This document shows positions 19,797 to 30,900 of a stretch of 64,000 nt of DNA, piece after piece. The position numbers and the translations under genes are program-made. How positions within the stretch are numbered: position 1 is the stretch's first letter; each line of letters begins with the position of its first letter. The notes under the pieces were generated by a model. The model saw only the letters and a list, made by a program, of their open reading frames with translations, was not told the DNA's origin and did not search any database. Origin of the DNA: a virus; IMG/VR virus record IMGVR_UViG_3300032242_003075, positions 1-64,000 of that record; one strand, written 5' to 3'.

Positions 19797-20849
19797 TTAG
19801 TTGACAACGATGTTATGCGATCCGGTGATCACAAATCTTGTGTAAGCGTTAGCTGGTCCGTTTTCGAATTTAGTAAGAGTGACCGAGCCTCCGTAATTTC
19901 TAGAATAACTTGTGCTGCTAGAATTAGTGTTCACGTTACTATTAAAGAAGGTTACTTTGTTAATGTGATGAGTTGCAAAATCACCGTAGGCAGCGTTAAA
20001 AGTAGCAACTCCAGAAGTTAGTTGACTGTTATTAATTACGATTGGAGTTTTAACAACCAATGTTGTGCTATCAAAACCTGGCATGATCACTATATTTCCC
20101 CAAGCAGAAGTTGCAACTGAGGTTCCTGCGCTATTTTGATAATCCTTAACGATGATTGTGAACGATTGGCCGACGTTAGGACGAGCCGTTGAATCTTCAT
20201 ATAAGCTTAAGTACACTCCATTTGAGCTGGACGGAGTCTGGCCTGATGGCGCAAGAATGGTTACGTAAATGAACTGCTTGCTAGTAGAAGTGACTTTAAT
20301 CTCTCCATAATAGTGACCTGATGTCGCATCGTAGTAGGTCTGAACCGGCGTTATTACTTCAGAACTTTGAGTTATCGATTGAGAAGCAAAGCTCACCGGT
20401 CCATAGAAGGTGGAAGGAACTAGTACTCCGTCCTTTCCGATGAATAGCCCATCTGATGCTAGATCAGTAATTGCAATTCCAACTCCCAATCGTTTGATTG
20501 CCATCGTATTTCCAGCTCCTGTCATATCAATTGATCCTCCAGCTTGAATTACTAACTTATCAATGGAAAGAATTGACTTACCTGCGGATTGAGATAAGCT
20601 ACCGATTATCGAAGAAGAATTCATGAACGATATGCCATGACCTAAAACTAGGTCATTTGTCTTCACTTGATTTAGGTAGTTATCAACGCCGATGTACTTA
20701 TTGACTAGGTCAATCTCAAGAACGTTAATTACGTCCTGTAGCTTATTTTGTAATAGTGTCGTATTTGCATTAATTATTAATCGCATGTCCGAGATGAACG
20801 TTGTCTCTAATAGCGATTGAGTTGATAATGTTACGTTAGTGAATGCCAT
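19797..20849 (-). CDS. Fibre/appendage-like structural protein
   Basis: 350 aa, S/T/G-rich; N-terminal IN-x-N helix similar to the other fibre proteins; late promoter at 20874-20880. Confidence 0.55.
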   Translation of the reverse strand: MAFTNVTLSTQSLLETTFISDMRLIINANTTLLQNKLQDVINVLEIDLVNKYIGVDNYLNQVKTNDLVLGHGISFMNSSSIIGSLSQSAGKSILSIDKLVIQAGGSIDMTGAGNTMAIKRLGVGIAITDLASDGLFIGKDGVLVPSTFYGPVSFASQSITQSSEVITPVQTYYDATSGHYYGEIKVTSTSKQFIYVTILAPSGQTPSSSNGVYLSLYEDSTARPNVGQSFTIIVKDYQNSAGTSVATSAWGNIVIMPGFDSTTLVVKTPIVINNSQLTSGVATFNAAYGDFATHHINKVTFFNSNVNTNSSSTSYSRNYGGSVTLTKFENGPANAYTRFVITGSHNIVVN

Positions 20850-20899
20850 TTGTATGTAGTTTTTTGTCTTTTTTATTTATTAGTAAGTTTACCGGTCGA

Positions 20900-23800
20900 T
20901 CACATTTGAGACTTTCGGTAATTAAGTTGATTCTCAACATGATTTCGATAATCGTTAATGTCACTCACGTGAACTATTTTTACTGGAGATGAAGTTTTAT
21001 AAACGCTACCATTTGCATCCGTAACCTCAGCGGATATTGTGTACTCTCCTGGCTCATCAAATTTCCAAATGAAGTACGATTTTGATTTTATCCTTACGAT
21101 TCTTTCACCTGAATGATATAGGTCCCAAATTACCTGTTTTTTTGAATTGATGTTCGATACGGCTATGAACACAGGTTGAAATACTGGAACGCGTAGTCCA
21201 TCCGGCCCAATCTTCAAGCGAGTTAAGTCAAATGAATTATGATCTAAGTTAGAAGGTAAAAAACCCGTCATCTCAAAATTTGGAGTTAGCTCGTTAAAGC
21301 TTACAAAACCTCTATCGACCCAGTACGACATATCACTTGCAGCGGCAAATGTTGACTGAGTGTCGGAGGTTAGGGTCACGTAACTAAATGCCCAATCCGA
21401 TCGGGTGTTTGCGATTCCGGAACTTGAGATAACGTCAAGAACTAGTAGATTTGCTGTGCTGGCTGAGTTATACGAACCTATCATCCAATCGGTTGGATGA
21501 GATATGCTGTATGCCTTAATTAAAGGATACGTTAAAAAATCGGTTGATTTAGTTAATTTGAAGCTAACCGTTGTTGTGAATGATGTTGGTACTACGATTG
21601 AATCGCTTGAATTACAAGTTTCTCCAGTTTTACGTAAGATGTCGGAGAACGGTGCATTAAGTAAAAGTAGTCCATCGTCTATTTGTATGCCTATTTGAGA
21701 AAGTTTAGCATTTAGCTCATCAATTAAGGTCGGCGAGTACGCTCCAGCTGGATAACAAAACGTGTAAACCTTTCTTGTTGTGCCCGCTGAATCTCTTACT
21801 AATAATATTCGATTTAGGGACCTGTTTTGGAGTTTTGCGGTTGCATGCACGTTCCCATTTATTGCAACGTAATTGAAATTACTGATTTCTGGATTGGTTG
21901 ATGATCTTAGTTGGGAAACTAGATCATTAACGTCAGAGTATGAAGCTACTGAGAAATCTTGCAGCGGATCTCCACTTCCGAAATTAATGGCAACTATTGA
22001 ATTTCCAGGATTATCTACTAGATTTAAAATGAATCCGTTTATTCGATCGGGCATGTAAGTTAGATCGCAAAATCTATTTAGCGAAAGTTCCTTAATTTGA
22101 GCGATTCTGTATTCTCCAAGAGTCGGCTGGTTCGAAGTTGGCCCGGTTCCCCATAATTTTGCAATTGGATCGGTTGAACTTGAGATTTTAGAGTAGCCAG
22201 TTAGATCGCTCCAGATTTCAGCATCGCCCTGAGGCTCACCAACCCCGAATCTATTCGAGTAAGTTACCCAATCTAAATAATGGGTTGATAACATTGAGGA
22301 ATTATCGCTAAGCTGAAATACGTTTACGTAAGGTGAGTAGATAGGACTATCCGCTAGGTCTCCGAGCGTTACGTTATTTAGGTCCTTAAACCTATAACTA
22401 TTTTTATCGGGTATTTTGGTGTAAACTTCAAAAGAAGGTTCCTCGCTAAGAACCGTTAAGTTGATGAAGCTTACGTTCTGTCCACCTTGCATATCGTACA
22501 CGGTCGATTGAATCGTGTACTGGCCCGAAGTTGGTAGGATATGAGGTATCTTAACTAGCTCAAACAAATTTCCTCTCCAATTAAAGGTGTATCCCTGTGG
22601 ACCCTTAACTGTCCATTCGATTTCAAAACCGTTTTTGTATCTTAGATTTCCGATCGTAAAATGAGAATCATCAAAATCAGAGAAAACTGAACCTCGTAAA
22701 TCCCTTAGCGTTAAATCGGGTAAATAGGCCTCAAGGTTAACCGGGCAGCCTAATTTACCGTCAGCATCGTCGCCGGTGAACATCTGATTAACTTCACCAT
22801 GATGATTAAATTCAAAGAATTTTAAGTTTTCATAATAGCTCTCGATGGCTGAGGCAAAACCTCTTAGTCCAGTAATATTGTATCTCTGATCGTTAGAATA
22901 GGGTCTAACACCGGATAGGTTAAACGATTGGTCCGGGAAACTTGAAGTATTTTGGTACTTAGGATATAGCGTCTTAATGTCACGAATTAGTAAAGATTGA
23001 GCTCGTGTGTCGGGAAAGTTTAAGATTAACTTGTATGCATCGTTAACCTCCAGTGCCTCAACGTCGGTGGAATCCGACCAGTCCCTAAGGTTTAACTTAT
23101 TAAAGTAGATGAATTCTCCAATGATGTCCTTAATTATCACGTTCACCGGTAAAATCTCGGTCTTTAGCTTGGTCGCCAATCGATTCATCTTGTAGAAGAT
23201 TTCATCAACTTCAAAGTTGGTGGTAAATTCAACCTCCGGCATTCCATCATCGTCGAACCTATTTGATGCAACTGAGAACTCGTACGCAAGGGCCAAGAAT
23301 TCTGACTTTTGAAATTTACCGCCCCTTTTTATTTGGCCGTTTAGATCGACCAGGTCAATTGCGTCCAACTTGCCGATGCTCATTAGGTCGGTGATGTCGA
23401 CTAATGCAAACTTATTGTAGTAAGAGGACTTTGGATCAACGTCCCTCCAGTATTCCTTAACCCTTAGCACGTCCCTATACCCCAAAATGTCAATTAGGTT
23501 AATTAGGCCCTTATAGGTACCAACGTAAGGATAAATCTGATCCCGGTTTACCAACAACTGCTTTCTGATTGAATTTATCTGTTGCCAATCCGGTAGGCTC
23601 TCCTTAAGATCGTAGTCCTTAAGGATTAGGGCATCTTCCCTGTTAAATTTTATTCCGAAATTGCTTAGCCAAATCCTAAACCTTTCGTCCTCGTCCTCTC
23701 CCTCACCGTAAAGGTCAAAAGATAGAACTTGAACGGTTGAGCTGTTGGTGACGTAATATATTTGCAAATTCCTAGAATAAGAAATCTCCTCCTGTGGAGA

Positions 23801-24187
23801 AAATCCAACGTTTAATTGTAGCGGATATGATAAATTTAGGTCTCCGCTGAGCTGCCCAAAATCGGAATAACTAATGGTTATCGAGTCATGTCGTTGAATG
23901 TACGTGGTTGAATCAGTGTGCTGATCTTCCCTAGCTATTGTGAACAAAAAGAAGTTTTCTGCCGAGTCAGCTGTTGTCCATTTGGCAATAAGCTGAGAAC
24001 CTGGTTGCATTACCGGAAATTTATAGGTTCCTGCAACATTTTCTAGGATGAATATGTTAGAAACGTCATACAGCGATGTTGATATTGGTTGAAGGTAGTC
24101 TGTACCTGTCCAAACACCGTTTGAATCCTGTGAAAAATTATAAGATTGACCGTTTCGGTCAAAGAATGCTAAGTTGTTAATGTTCAT
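20900..24187 (-). CDS. Baseplate wedge-like protein with PKD/Ig-like domains
   Basis: IYPYVGTYKGLINLIDILGY resembles the wedge GT-x-x-x-L motif; PKD-like FDEPGEYTISAEVTDANG and PTSGQYTIQSTVYD. Confidence 0.5.
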   Translation of the reverse strand: MNINNLAFFDRNGQSYNFSQDSNGVWTGTDYLQPISTSLYDVSNIFILENVAGTYKFPVMQPGSQLIAKWTTADSAENFFLFTIAREDQHTDSTTYIQRHDSITISYSDFGQLSGDLNLSYPLQLNVGFSPQEEISYSRNLQIYYVTNSSTVQVLSFDLYGEGEDEDERFRIWLSNFGIKFNREDALILKDYDLKESLPDWQQINSIRKQLLVNRDQIYPYVGTYKGLINLIDILGYRDVLRVKEYWRDVDPKSSYYNKFALVDITDLMSIGKLDAIDLVDLNGQIKRGGKFQKSEFLALAYEFSVASNRFDDDGMPEVEFTTNFEVDEIFYKMNRLATKLKTEILPVNVIIKDIIGEFIYFNKLNLRDWSDSTDVEALEVNDAYKLILNFPDTRAQSLLIRDIKTLYPKYQNTSSFPDQSFNLSGVRPYSNDQRYNITGLRGFASAIESYYENLKFFEFNHHGEVNQMFTGDDADGKLGCPVNLEAYLPDLTLRDLRGSVFSDFDDSHFTIGNLRYKNGFEIEWTVKGPQGYTFNWRGNLFELVKIPHILPTSGQYTIQSTVYDMQGGQNVSFINLTVLSEEPSFEVYTKIPDKNSYRFKDLNNVTLGDLADSPIYSPYVNVFQLSDNSSMLSTHYLDWVTYSNRFGVGEPQGDAEIWSDLTGYSKISSSTDPIAKLWGTGPTSNQPTLGEYRIAQIKELSLNRFCDLTYMPDRINGFILNLVDNPGNSIVAINFGSGDPLQDFSVASYSDVNDLVSQLRSSTNPEISNFNYVAINGNVHATAKLQNRSLNRILLVRDSAGTTRKVYTFCYPAGAYSPTLIDELNAKLSQIGIQIDDGLLLLNAPFSDILRKTGETCNSSDSIVVPTSFTTTVSFKLTKSTDFLTYPLIKAYSISHPTDWMIGSYNSASTANLLVLDVISSSGIANTRSDWAFSYVTLTSDTQSTFAAASDMSYWVDRGFVSFNELTPNFEMTGFLPSNLDHNSFDLTRLKIGPDGLRVPVFQPVFIAVSNINSKKQVIWDLYHSGERIVRIKSKSYFIWKFDEPGEYTISAEVTDANGSVYKTSSPVKIVHVSDINDYRNHVENQLNYRKSQM

Positions 24188-24227
24188 GTAATAGCCGAGC
24201 CCTTTAGCCTTATTTATTATAAACTAC

Positions 24228-24647
24228 TTACAGAGTATATATTTCACTTTCACCAGATTGGCTTAACGAGATGAATTCGACCTTTTCGCCCTTACCGATG
24301 TGCTTATAGATCTTCTTGTATTCTTTTGCGTACCCATTTTTAGCGATTTGGGTGAAATACGCAAAGGCATTATTTGACTTTTCTTCGTTAAAGTTCCGCC
24401 AATACCTTAAAAGGTCCAATAGAGCTGACTGAATGCAGTCCTCCTTGTCCAATGGATTGCTGAATCTTAACTTTAGTATTGCTCGATTCGCCAGGGTTAT
24501 GAAGTAATTAATGGCCTTTGGAGAAAGTTCGCCGGCTTTATGCTGGTAACCTGTCTCCTCGTCCAGATGTCCGTGCTTACACCTAATTATTTCGTTTGTG
24601 AACTCACGGTTGTTGATGTAGTACTTACTATCTTTTGCTTTTGCCAT
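24228..24647 (-). CDS. gp55: Late-transcription sigma factor (T4 gp55-like)
   Basis: YYINNREF and RYWRNFNEEKSNNAFAYFTQIA match gp55-family YVNN and NF...NAFAYFTQI motifs. Confidence 0.85.
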   Translation of the reverse strand: MAKAKDSKYYINNREFTNEIIRCKHGHLDEETGYQHKAGELSPKAINYFITLANRAILKLRFSNPLDKEDCIQSALLDLLRYWRNFNEEKSNNAFAYFTQIAKNGYAKEYKKIYKHIGKGEKVEFISLSQSGESEIYTL

Positions 24648-24648
24648 T

Positions 24649-25326
24649 TTAGTTTTGATCCTTTAAGGAATTGTGTATTTTTAGAACTGCCAAGTACGCA
24701 TCGATCATGTCGGTGAATGGCGATTTAACTGTTTCTCCCTTAACTATTAGGTCCTCGTAGTTTACGACTGCCCTGTGTAAAGCGCTATCCTCAGCTAATT
24801 GGGGAGAGTTCTTGAATTGGTTAAATATATCGAACTTACCGGCATTACCCTTTGCACCGATAGCATTTTTAAGCTCGCCTGGAGAAAAAACAAACAGGCT
24901 TTGACCTTGACCAGTTAAGGTGCTATCCAACATGCTCTTTCTAAGCATTCCGGTAGCTTGGCAAATGTCGATTAGCGCATTACCTTGTGCTCCGTACGCA
25001 ACTCCCTCAATTGAAACTATGATGTGGTCAGGATTTTTATCTAGCGAAATTATTTCATTGATCCTATCTACTAACGTATCGACGAGCAACGAATAATTTA
25101 ATAGCTTAGCTCTCTCAGTGCCAGAATAGGTGGACTGCTTTAGCTGCTTTGGAGGAAGGGTTAAAAATTCAAGCTCTGGAAATTCTATCTGAACGTCATC
25201 GAGCAATTTTGAATGAGCTTTTGTTAAGTTAGAATTAACGCAGGAGACCCATCTAAAACTTTTAAAGTCTCGACTGATGCAAGCTGATGGAAATTGAATT
25301 GAGAAATCTATGCCGATTACGTGCAA
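24649..25326 (-). CDS. RuvC-like Holliday junction resolvase
   Basis: IGIDFS, SIEGVAYG, P-x-ELK...GNAGK, DMIDAY catalytic motifs. Confidence 0.75.
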   Translation of the reverse strand: MHVIGIDFSIQFPSACISRDFKSFRWVSCVNSNLTKAHSKLLDDVQIEFPELEFLTLPPKQLKQSTYSGTERAKLLNYSLLVDTLVDRINEIISLDKNPDHIIVSIEGVAYGAQGNALIDICQATGMLRKSMLDSTLTGQGQSLFVFSPGELKNAIGAKGNAGKFDIFNQFKNSPQLAEDSALHRAVVNYEDLIVKGETVKSPFTDMIDAYLAVLKIHNSLKDQN

Positions 25327-25353
25327 TTTTCATATTTGTAATTTTGAATAAGT

Positions 25354-25414
25354 ATTCTACTGCCTAAATTTTTTTAGGTTTTATAAAAAACTTTTTTGTA
25401 AACAGCTGTAAAAT
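25354..25414. promoter_or_regulatory. Divergent pair of phage early/middle promoters (AAAC-N16/17-GTANAAK)
   Basis: Minus strand: AAAC (25381-25378), 17 nt, GTAGAAT (25360-25354). Plus strand: AAAC (25388-25391), 16 nt, GTAAAAT (25408-25414). The same motif recurs at six other operon starts. Confidence 0.7.
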
Positions 25415-25530
25415 AAGGGTGTTAGGGCGGGTTTAGAAACTTAGTCTTAGTATACTTAGTCTACTTATTTAAGTTAAACTAAAGATTCTATTACCTTAGA
25501 TTCTAAGTATATTAACAAAAAGCTAATGCT

Positions 25531-26277
25531 ATGTTCGATCAACCGCAACTAGAAAAAATCCTCTTCTTTGACATTGAAACAGCAGGAGAAAAACCATCGT
25601 TCAATGATCTTTCTCCTAAAATGCAAGAGCTCTGGTCAAAAAGAGCAATAATCTTACGAAACCAACTTGGTGATAAATACCCCGATAATAAGGACAAATC
25701 GGATGAGGTCCTATACGAAATGAAATCAGCTCTTCAGGCTGAGTTCGGCAGAGTTGTTTGCGTTTCATTTGGTAAAATTAAAATGGTTGACGGAGAAATG
25801 ACCGCTCAAATAATTTCCTATTCTGGAGAAGATGAGGTCGACATTTTAAATAAAACATTTAAGTTAATGACCGGCCTTGCAAAAACTGGAACAATTAAGA
25901 TAGCCGGTCATAACGTTAAGAGATTCGACGTTCCGTTCCTATGTAAAAGAGCATTCATTCATGGAATTAAACCATCAGGAGTTCTTCAAACTTGGGATAA
26001 GAAACCTTGGGAAACTGCAATAATTGATACATCAGAGCTTTGGTCTTTCGGTGCATGGCAAGAAGGTTTTACTTCCCTTGATCTACTAGCGACCGTCCTA
26101 GGCATAGATTCACCAAAGGACGATATTGATGGGTCAGAAGTTCATTCAAATTACTACCGAGGAAATATCGCTAGGATTTCAGAGTACTGTCAAAAGGATG
26201 TGGTGACTCTAATTCAAGTTGCTTTAAAATTATCTGGCTTAAACCAAATTGAGCAGTCCAGTATAATAATAAAGTAA
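25531..26277 (+). CDS. PolB-type 3'-5' exonuclease (stand-alone DnaQ-like)
   Basis: FFDIET, GHNVKRFDVPFL, YCQKDV = Exo I/II/III; AEFGRVVCVS and KKPWE motifs. Confidence 0.85.
   Translation: MFDQPQLEKILFFDIETAGEKPSFNDLSPKMQELWSKRAIILRNQLGDKYPDNKDKSDEVLYEMKSALQAEFGRVVCVSFGKIKMVDGEMTAQIISYSGEDEVDILNKTFKLMTGLAKTGTIKIAGHNVKRFDVPFLCKRAFIHGIKPSGVLQTWDKKPWETAIIDTSELWSFGAWQEGFTSLDLLATVLGIDSPKDDIDGSEVHSNYYRGNIARISEYCQKDVVTLIQVALKLSGLNQIEQSSIIIK
26241..26267 (+). promoter_or_regulatory. Early/middle promoter for groEL
   Basis: AAAC-N16-GTATAAT. Confidence 0.65.
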
Positions 26278-26296
26278 GAAAAAACAAAATTAATAA

Positions 26297-27865
26297 GTGA
26301 AACAAACAAAATTTAAAGCTGAAGCTCGTCAGGAGTTAGCTAAGGGTATTAATGCACTGGCGGATGCAGTAAAAATAACTTTAGGCCCAAGAGGTCGAAA
26401 CGTTATCATTTCTAGGGACAATTCAGTTGCCATAACCAAGGACGGAGTTACTGTTGCTCGTGAGGTTCACCTTGAAAATTTCTTAGAGGACGTTGGTGCT
26501 CAGGTAATAAAACAGGTTGCAAATAAAGTTGCATTGGAAGCAGGGGACGGTACAACAACAGCAACCGTACTAGCTCATGCAATCTTCACTGAGGGTAACC
26601 GTTACGTTGAGACGGGCTCTCATCCGATGGACCTTAAAAAGGGAATCGAAATAGGCATGAAAGCTATCGTTAACCATCTTAAGGGTCAAAGCCAACAAAC
26701 TACAGATCTTAATAAGATTAAACAGGTCGCAACCATATCCGCAAATAACGATGAAGAAATAGGCACAATCATTGCTTCTGCCATGGAATCTGTAGGTTTT
26801 GATGGAATCATCACAGCCGGCGAAAGTAAAACAAGCGAGACCTTCGTTGAGGTGGTTAAGGGAATGCAAATTCAAAGCGGATACGTATCACCGTACTTCA
26901 TTACTGACACGGAAACTAATTCCGTTGAATTTACAAAACCGATCGTTATGTTGTACGATGGTAAGATCAAAAATCTTACGGACATTCTTCAGTTCTTAGA
27001 ATATTCAAATAAACAAAAGCAACCTCTATTAATAATAAGCGATGGTGTTGACGGAGAAGCGCTAAGCACTCTACTTGTTAATAAATTACAGGGAATTCTT
27101 AAAGTTGCCGCGGTTAGAGCTCCAGGCTTTGGAGAAAACCGTAGATCAAGGTTGCTTGACATTGCCACATTAACCGGTGCGACTCTAATTTCAGAAATGG
27201 ACGGAGTCACCATTAAGGAGGTAATCGCTGCAAACTATGTGGGATCATGTGATTCAATCTCAGTTACCAATGATTCAACCACAATAATTGGAGGTCATGG
27301 ATTTCCGGATGAAATCACGGATTTAATAAATGACATTAAGTCTCAAATTGAAGCGACCGATAATGAGTCCAGTAAGATTTTACTAAGGGAACGTCTTTCT
27401 AAATTTGAAGGTGGAGTCGCCATCATTAAAATAGGTGCAAATTCCGAAATTGAAGCTCGTGAAAAGGCCGATAGAATTGACGATGCTCTTGGAGCAACTA
27501 GAGCTGCCGTTGCTGAGGGAATCGTTGAGGGAGGCGGTATTGCCCTAATGAGAGCGGTTAGCGAAATTCAGGTAACTTCTCCAATTAGAGATATTCAGTT
27601 GGGAATTGACCTAATTAAAAAGGCTTGCACCCAACCGTTTAAAACCATTTTAGAAAATGCAGGTATCAATCCGGAGATCGTTTGGACTAAGATCCAAGAT
27701 GGTGCTCCAGGTTTTAACGCTAAGACCGAAGAGTACGTTAATATGATTGAGTCAGGTATAATTGACCCGGTTAAAGTTACCAGAACTGCATTGGAAAACG
27801 CAGTTTCAATCGCAAGTTTACTAATAACGACCGACTGTTTAATGGTTCAAAAACCAAAGGAATAA
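26297..27865 (+). CDS. groL: Chaperonin GroEL (phage-encoded)
   Basis: ADAVKITLGPRGRNV, ITKDGVTVA, AGDGTTTATV, VRAPGFG, EGIVEGGG, GIIDPVKVTRTALENA; lacks the GGM tail. Confidence 0.97.
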   Translation: MKQTKFKAEARQELAKGINALADAVKITLGPRGRNVIISRDNSVAITKDGVTVAREVHLENFLEDVGAQVIKQVANKVALEAGDGTTTATVLAHAIFTEGNRYVETGSHPMDLKKGIEIGMKAIVNHLKGQSQQTTDLNKIKQVATISANNDEEIGTIIASAMESVGFDGIITAGESKTSETFVEVVKGMQIQSGYVSPYFITDTETNSVEFTKPIVMLYDGKIKNLTDILQFLEYSNKQKQPLLIISDGVDGEALSTLLVNKLQGILKVAAVRAPGFGENRRSRLLDIATLTGATLISEMDGVTIKEVIAANYVGSCDSISVTNDSTTIIGGHGFPDEITDLINDIKSQIEATDNESSKILLRERLSKFEGGVAIIKIGANSEIEAREKADRIDDALGATRAAVAEGIVEGGGIALMRAVSEIQVTSPIRDIQLGIDLIKKACTQPFKTILENAGINPEIVWTKIQDGAPGFNAKTEEYVNMIESGIIDPVKVTRTALENAVSIASLLITTDCLMVQKPKE

Positions 27866-27979
27866 TCCACATCAGCATACAAAAAACTATTAGCCATCTG
27901 TGAGCATGCGCCTGTCGAGTAATACTCACGGGCGCTGTTCTATTATAGAGAACCAATAGATAAAATAAAGAGTAAGTCA

Positions 27980-30900
27980 TTGCCGATTCAAAATTTTAAA
28001 CAACTCATAAATGACATTAAGTGCGGTAAGCTAGCATCCCCCATTTTCACGGAAGCTGATTTAGCTGCAATTAAAGCCTGTTTACCGGCACCTCAAGACA
28101 TTCCGACCTCAAACCCGTCGATTACCAACCCAGTCATTACGAGCTGCGTTAACGATGGAATCTCTGAGGTCCAAAAAATAGTTAGGCAACAGACGAATAG
28201 ACAAGGTTTTGTGATCGAACTTGCCACCGTGAAAGCAAAGGTCCAAGAGGCCCTAGACCATTACTCGTTCATTTTAGAGTACTTCAAAGAGAGGCTTAAA
28301 TTCTTCAATGACACATTAACTAGAGTTGAACCGTTCACCTCGCAATACCTTTACTTTGGGGCTGAAGTTTCCAAATACGATAATTTAATCAAGTCACAAC
28401 TAGCCGTTCTTAGCAATTCAGGTTACGACATAACTGCTCTACAATCAATTAGCGATTCCTTAATACTAAAGTTAAGTGACGATTTTAGTAATTCATCTAA
28501 CGTTCTCAGTAATTTAACTATAACCTCACCTGTTAAGCAGTATCTAAGCTTAAGAAAACTAAAGATATCTGCTGACGGTTCTGCATTGATAGCAAAAAGG
28601 GGCGGGGCCTCCGCCCTAGCTAAAAAGATTGAATCCCTGACTCCTTTGCCTGAGCTAGCAATCGATGCTCAAGCCGAATTAGCTAAAATTTGCTCAAGTT
28701 ACAGCAGTCAGTTGAATCCAATTTTTACATCATTGACTAATTTAGTGCCATCCGAAATTAAACCTCCGAATAGGACAGCTGCTTTTGGAATTAGAATAAT
28801 AGGGCTTAATGGCTCAACAATATCAGTTTCTCACGTTGATGATCATGGTAAGTCAACTAATTCTGATAAGCAAATTAACGTGTTAACTAACGTTAACCTA
28901 ACTAAAAATCCATTCAGAAAAACTTCTGGTGAGTACTGTTACGGCATTGACCCAATGTCCAAACCTTTAGAACTTTCCGATTACGATAAGCTAGTTGGAG
29001 CTCTTTATAATAAGACCTCTTCAGGTTACGAAGGGCTTTATCGAAAATTGGCTAAACCTGTCCAATTTCTTTATTCACTTGAAGAAAGGGGACTAACAAT
29101 TGATCCATCAAAGACCGATCCTATGCTTAACGGCATTAAGGATGCCCCGGTCTCAATCAAAATTGAAGATCAAACCCTATTCATTAGCAATCAATCAACC
29201 TATGAGAAATTCTATGAAACCTTAACTTCGACACTACCGACCAAAATTAAAATTGAAAGGGCTAAAAATTTCCCAAAGGAAATATCAACAACTCTTTCCA
29301 AACTTCGAGATTTTGCTCAAAGGGAAGTTGCTGATCAATTTAGGGGAATTACTAGCATTGGTTCAGGTCTTTCGGATAAGTTAGCCTACTATAAAAAAGC
29401 GCACGATGAACTTGTTGAAAAAATAGCGGATTGTAATTCTCAAATCGATCTGTTGGACACAGCAATTAATCAAAATTCAATGAGCCCCGACTCCTTAGCC
29501 AAGGACATTTCCGTAATACCCTGTTTTTCTAGTGTCTTTTCATCACCTCAACAGATTCAAAATTGTGAGGCCGAGACCATGAAGAAGTTAGGAACCGACC
29601 CACTTCTAATAAGAACCCTTTCTGGTAATGACGCTAATCTCCCCGACCTGAACACTCCATGTTACTGGAGAGAATTTTGCAAAGAGCTAAATAAGGTTTC
29701 TTTACTTCCTGTTCCCGACCTAACTTCTCCGCCGTTTAGGTATTATCCGGTGAATAACATAATACCGACTCCGGTTGGCGTGGTGCTAGTAACGCTACCT
29801 CAAAAATGGAAACCGTTATTCGTACTACCTTCGGCTCTTGGCACGTTAATCACCTTTTTGGTGATGCCGGTCGCAGTAGTCGGAATACCTTTACCTTCAA
29901 TTTTCATGCTATACCTTTCGCCCGACGGTAGAAAGTACATGATATTTGCTCCAAACCTACCGGTTTTATATCCAAGTGCAATTCAATACGGTTATGAATT
30001 CGATTCTAATGCAATAAATCCAACCGGGCTAAGCGGGCCGCATAAAGGTCTATTCACAAAAGGTTCATTAAGTTCACCCTTATCGATTTCAGCCGCTTCG
30101 TCCAAGGCTTCCAGGCTTACTTCGATTGCCGCTGACTTGGCCCTAGGCAATAAATCCGTAATTAGATCAAAGGACGGAACTAAGATTGGCGAAATTGATT
30201 CAACCACGTATCTTGATAAGTACCTATCGACTTCTGAAAGGGCGAAAAACTCTGCCGATTTTGATCCAGCCAAGGATTTCGATAAGACGCTAACAAAGTT
30301 TAGAAAGAACGTAAATAGGCAGTTCGATAAGCTAGGCGAAATGCAAATAACAGCTGTGTCCAAATTAAAGGATAAAACCAGATCAGCTAGACACACTGGT
30401 GTGATGGATGCTGAAAATGAAAAAGATTCAAAAAACCGTAGAAATCTTAAAAATGCGGCCAGGAAAATTGATCCGATTGAACTAGGCTCAAAGATCGATA
30501 GCATACTTTCCGACGTAAATTCGTACATTGATAAGATAAAATTAGGAACGATATACTTTCCTGAGGATCCCACTAAAATGAATCCTAAATTACCTGGATC
30601 AATAAGCGGCTTAATTTCAACCCTTGAGCATGCATCCGTGGGTGGAATGATGAAACCTTCGGACTCAACTAACCTATTAAAAAAAATTAAACGATCGGCC
30701 GCCAGCATTGACCCTAATAAATTACCGGGAAAAAAGACGTTTAACTTAATCAACCCAGAAGACTTTAAAGATTTCAAGAAAGCACTAAGCGATTATTCAA
30801 GTAAAGCTCTTAAGTACCTATCGGGTGAAGAATCTCCAGCTGATGACATTGATCCGAACCTACCGGAGAAGGACCAAGCAAAGATAAAAAAGGCTGCAAC

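Noticed and set aside
29992-30777. 261-aa antisense ORF and other short overlapping ORFs in the track (e.g. 1144-1362, 5244-5531, 35272-35604, 54853-55182, 57637-57951)
   Set aside because: They are shadows of longer, motif-bearing genes and show no protein-family signal or promoter.
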